A DNA stretch of 63,847 nucleotides, filler included. It is 8 parts of 8 records of this genome, joined end to end, with 100 filler letters (N's around TTAATTAATTAA, not from the genome) between each part and the next. Parts side by side here need not be neighbours in the genome. Positions count along the whole stretch, not along the records: positions 58,773 to 63,847 come from SRR31147125_4857; 7 more parts are not named here. One strand, 5' to 3'. Every line of letters starts with the position of its first letter. The first letter of the stretch is position 1. The notes below the pieces were generated by a model. The model made no database searches. It saw only the letters and a program-made list of their open reading frames with translations, and was not told the DNA's origin. Positions 62,047-63,847 of the stretch are shown piece by piece. The translations under genes and the position numbers were made by a program.

Positions 62047-62472
62047 ATGAATGAAGAAATTTTAAAGATATTAAATATGGTTAAGGATGAAACGATAACT
62101 GCTGAACAAGGTGAAAAACTTATATCAGCAATAACAAATAGCGATAGCAGTAATCAATCAGCTTTAAAAGCAAATAGTTCAAACTATTCTATGTTGAGAG
62201 TTAGAGTTGATGCTAATGATACAGAAAAATATGACAAAGCGAAGGTGAGTGTTAATATTCCTCTATCAATTGCTAAAAAAGTTGCAAGCCTTGTGATGCT
62301 TGTTCCTAGTGAAGCAAAAGATGAGCTTAAGCAAAAGGGAATCGATTTAGATGATATAGATCTCGTAAGCCTTATCGAATCATTTGAAAATGGTGAGATT
62401 ACTGAAGATTTGGTTAATGTTGATGCTGGCGAGGGAGAGGAAAAGGTTTTTGTACGTGTTTATGTCGACTAA
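62047..62472 (+). CDS. SHOCT-like domain protein (YvlB/LiaX-type N-terminus)
   Basis: 'EILKILNMVKDETITAEQGEKLISA', 'LRVRV....KV.VNIPL'. Confidence 0.75.
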   Translation: MNEEILKILNMVKDETITAEQGEKLISAITNSDSSNQSALKANSSNYSMLRVRVDANDTEKYDKAKVSVNIPLSIAKKVASLVMLVPSEAKDELKQKGIDLDDIDLVSLIESFENGEITEDLVNVDAGEGEEKVFVRVYVD

Positions 62473-62743
62473 AAACAATTGGGTTGTAATGAGTGTTGGA
62501 ATCAACAGATTTTCCTTACCTATTATGGCTTTGCCGATAAGGTGTGTTGAAGAACTTGTAGAAGGTGCACATGATATTATTTGTCTTTTTTCACCTTTTT
62601 TCAAAAAATATTTAGCTGTTATAGACGATATTGACGGTTTTATATTAGAGGTTAAAAAATATGGAAACCTTGATTTTGTAGACGTTGATGCAAGAGAGGG
62701 TAAGTCAAATACCAATGTTAAAGTTAAAATAAAGTTGAGGTGA
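62462..62743 (+). CDS. Hypothetical protein in the DUF2089 operon
   Basis: ATG overlaps the upstream stop; C-terminus 'LDFVDVDA....VKVKIKLR' echoes the upstream gene's C-terminus. Confidence 0.6.
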   Translation: MSTKNNWVVMSVGINRFSLPIMALPIRCVEELVEGAHDIICLFSPFFKKYLAVIDDIDGFILEVKKYGNLDFVDVDAREGKSNTNVKVKIKLR

Positions 62744-62825
62744 TTCGATGTGAGAAATTTTATTTTTATGACTATTTGTGCTTTTAATTTTACGAATAGT
62801 CATAGCGAAAGGAATGGGTTTTAGT

Positions 62826-63179
62826 ATGATTAAGCTAATATTTAAAATAGCGTTTTACAGCTTGATTCTGCTTATATTTGAATCACTGAATGCTATACAG
62901 GAAGTAGGAACAATAAAAATAGTAGGCTTTGCGGCTGTTTTGGCTTTAATAAATATTTTTATAAGACCAATAACAAACACAATAGCACTGCCAATTAACG
63001 TAATAACTTTTGGAATTGCAAGTGTTTTTTCTAATCTTTTATGTTTAGTTATTACAAATGCTATTTTCGGAAAAATAATTGAAGGCTTTTGGATTATGCT
63101 TTTAATATCGTTTGTTGTAATGATGACTGATGATTTAGTAAGGATGTTTAGACTATCACTTAATGAAAACAGTAAATAA
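62826..63179 (+). CDS. YvlD/DUF360 (4-TM phage holin-like family) membrane protein
   Basis: 'LALINIFIRPI...ALPINVITFG....N'. Confidence 0.75.
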   Translation: MIKLIFKIAFYSLILLIFESLNAIQEVGTIKIVGFAAVLALINIFIRPITNTIALPINVITFGIASVFSNLLCLVITNAIFGKIIEGFWIMLLISFVVMMTDDLVRMFRLSLNENSK

Positions 63180-63433
63180 ATTAAATTGTAAATAAAAGCA
63201 AAATTAACTTTTTGAGTGCAAAAGAAAGATCTATATTGTGCTAATTCATTTGCACATAGATTTTTGCATAATGATTAGTGCTGATAAAACTTTTGTATAG
63301 AAAGTAAGTTATAATGTCAAATAGAAAAATGTGATTGGCTTAGATAGTTAAATGACAGATATATAGACTAATGAGATAATATAAAAAGTTAGGCATAATA
63401 CCATAAAAAACTTATTTAAAAAAGGACGATTGG

Positions 63434-63847
63434 ATGAAGAATAAACTAAAAAGAATTGAAACAAAAACATCAAGAACAGCTGAAATGACTTGTGTTACAC
63501 GAGCAGCTTCGTTTTTTGAGAAAAATATTTGTTACAAGAGCAATGACTATATTGCTACAAAATTGCTACCAAGATTCATGGCTCCTTTAGTGAGGATGCC
63601 TTTATTCAGAAATTTATACAAAAATGCGTTTTCTCCTAGAGGTATATATGAATACGTAATAGCTCGTACAAAATTTATCGACTCAATTTTTATTGAAAAT
63701 TTAAAAGTTGGATTCCAACAAATCGTTATTTTTGGCGCAGGATTTGATTCTCGTGGAATTAGATTACTATCTGAATACCCAAATGCTTGTGTTTTTGAGC
63801 TTGATGTTCCTACAACTCAGAATGCAAAAATAACTCAATTACAAAAA
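63434..63847 (+). CDS. LCM-family class I SAM methyltransferase (partial, runs off window end)
   Basis: Reads MKNKLKRIETKTSRTAEMTCVTRA..., 'IARTKFID', 'QIVIFGAGFDSR', 'VFELDVP'. Confidence 0.85.
   Translation, partial: MKNKLKRIETKTSRTAEMTCVTRAASFFEKNICYKSNDYIATKLLPRFMAPLVRMPLFRNLYKNAFSPRGIYEYVIARTKFIDSIFIENLKVGFQQIVIFGAGFDSRGIRLLSEYPNACVFELDVPTTQNAKITQLQK

Noticed and set aside
540-62715. Many 60-140 aa ORFs antisense to or nested in real genes (e.g. 1386-1703, 16404-16772, 23098-23529, 41597-41950, 57045-57413)
   Set aside because: Shadow frames with no RBS or recognisable motif.
62826-63179. 'Phage holin' as evidence of a prophage
   Set aside because: The YvlD/DUF360 family is commonly chromosomal, and no phage genes are nearby.

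Overview
This window is not one locus. It is eight unrelated, AT-rich contigs joined by 100-bp N/TTAATTAATTAA/N spacers. (1) 1-6981, spore-forming Firmicute: ger genes, PhzF, PadR/DUF2812, PEP-binding response regulator. (2) 7082-17834, Acholeplasma/Izemoplasma-like: tRNA-Val, MATEs, two GGDEF-EAL genes, truncated c-di-GMP-I riboswitch. (3) 17935-27270, spirochaete housekeeping: pgk-tpiA-secG...nusB-map-degP, folD, miaB. (4) 27371-36826, Fusobacteria-like: polA, PBP1a, rlmN, uraA. (5) 36927-42331, surface-glycan locus: adenylation enzyme, sulfotransferases, glycosyltransferases. (6) 42432-51124, Fusobacteria-like: ade with an adenine riboswitch, an unannotated ~250-nt sRNA candidate, glk, glgC. 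(7) 51225-58672, cassette contig. (8) 58773-63847, clostridial ktrBA and a DUF2089/YvlD-like operon. Taxonomic labels are inferences from protein similarity. The standout is contig 7. Its ends are an exact 29-bp direct repeat that rejoins one gene in frame, giving an apparent 7,419-bp circle. It holds five co-oriented single-gene units, all encoding membrane-anchored or lipoprotein surface proteins. The units are separated by five copies of a 36-bp site (15-bp imperfect inverted arms around a variable 6-bp core), and most carry their own sigma-A promoter. No Rep, integrase or transposase is present. This looks like an integron/pdif-like gene-cassette array with a site I do not recognise. Several single-base homopolymer frameshifts across the contigs probably reflect sequencing error.
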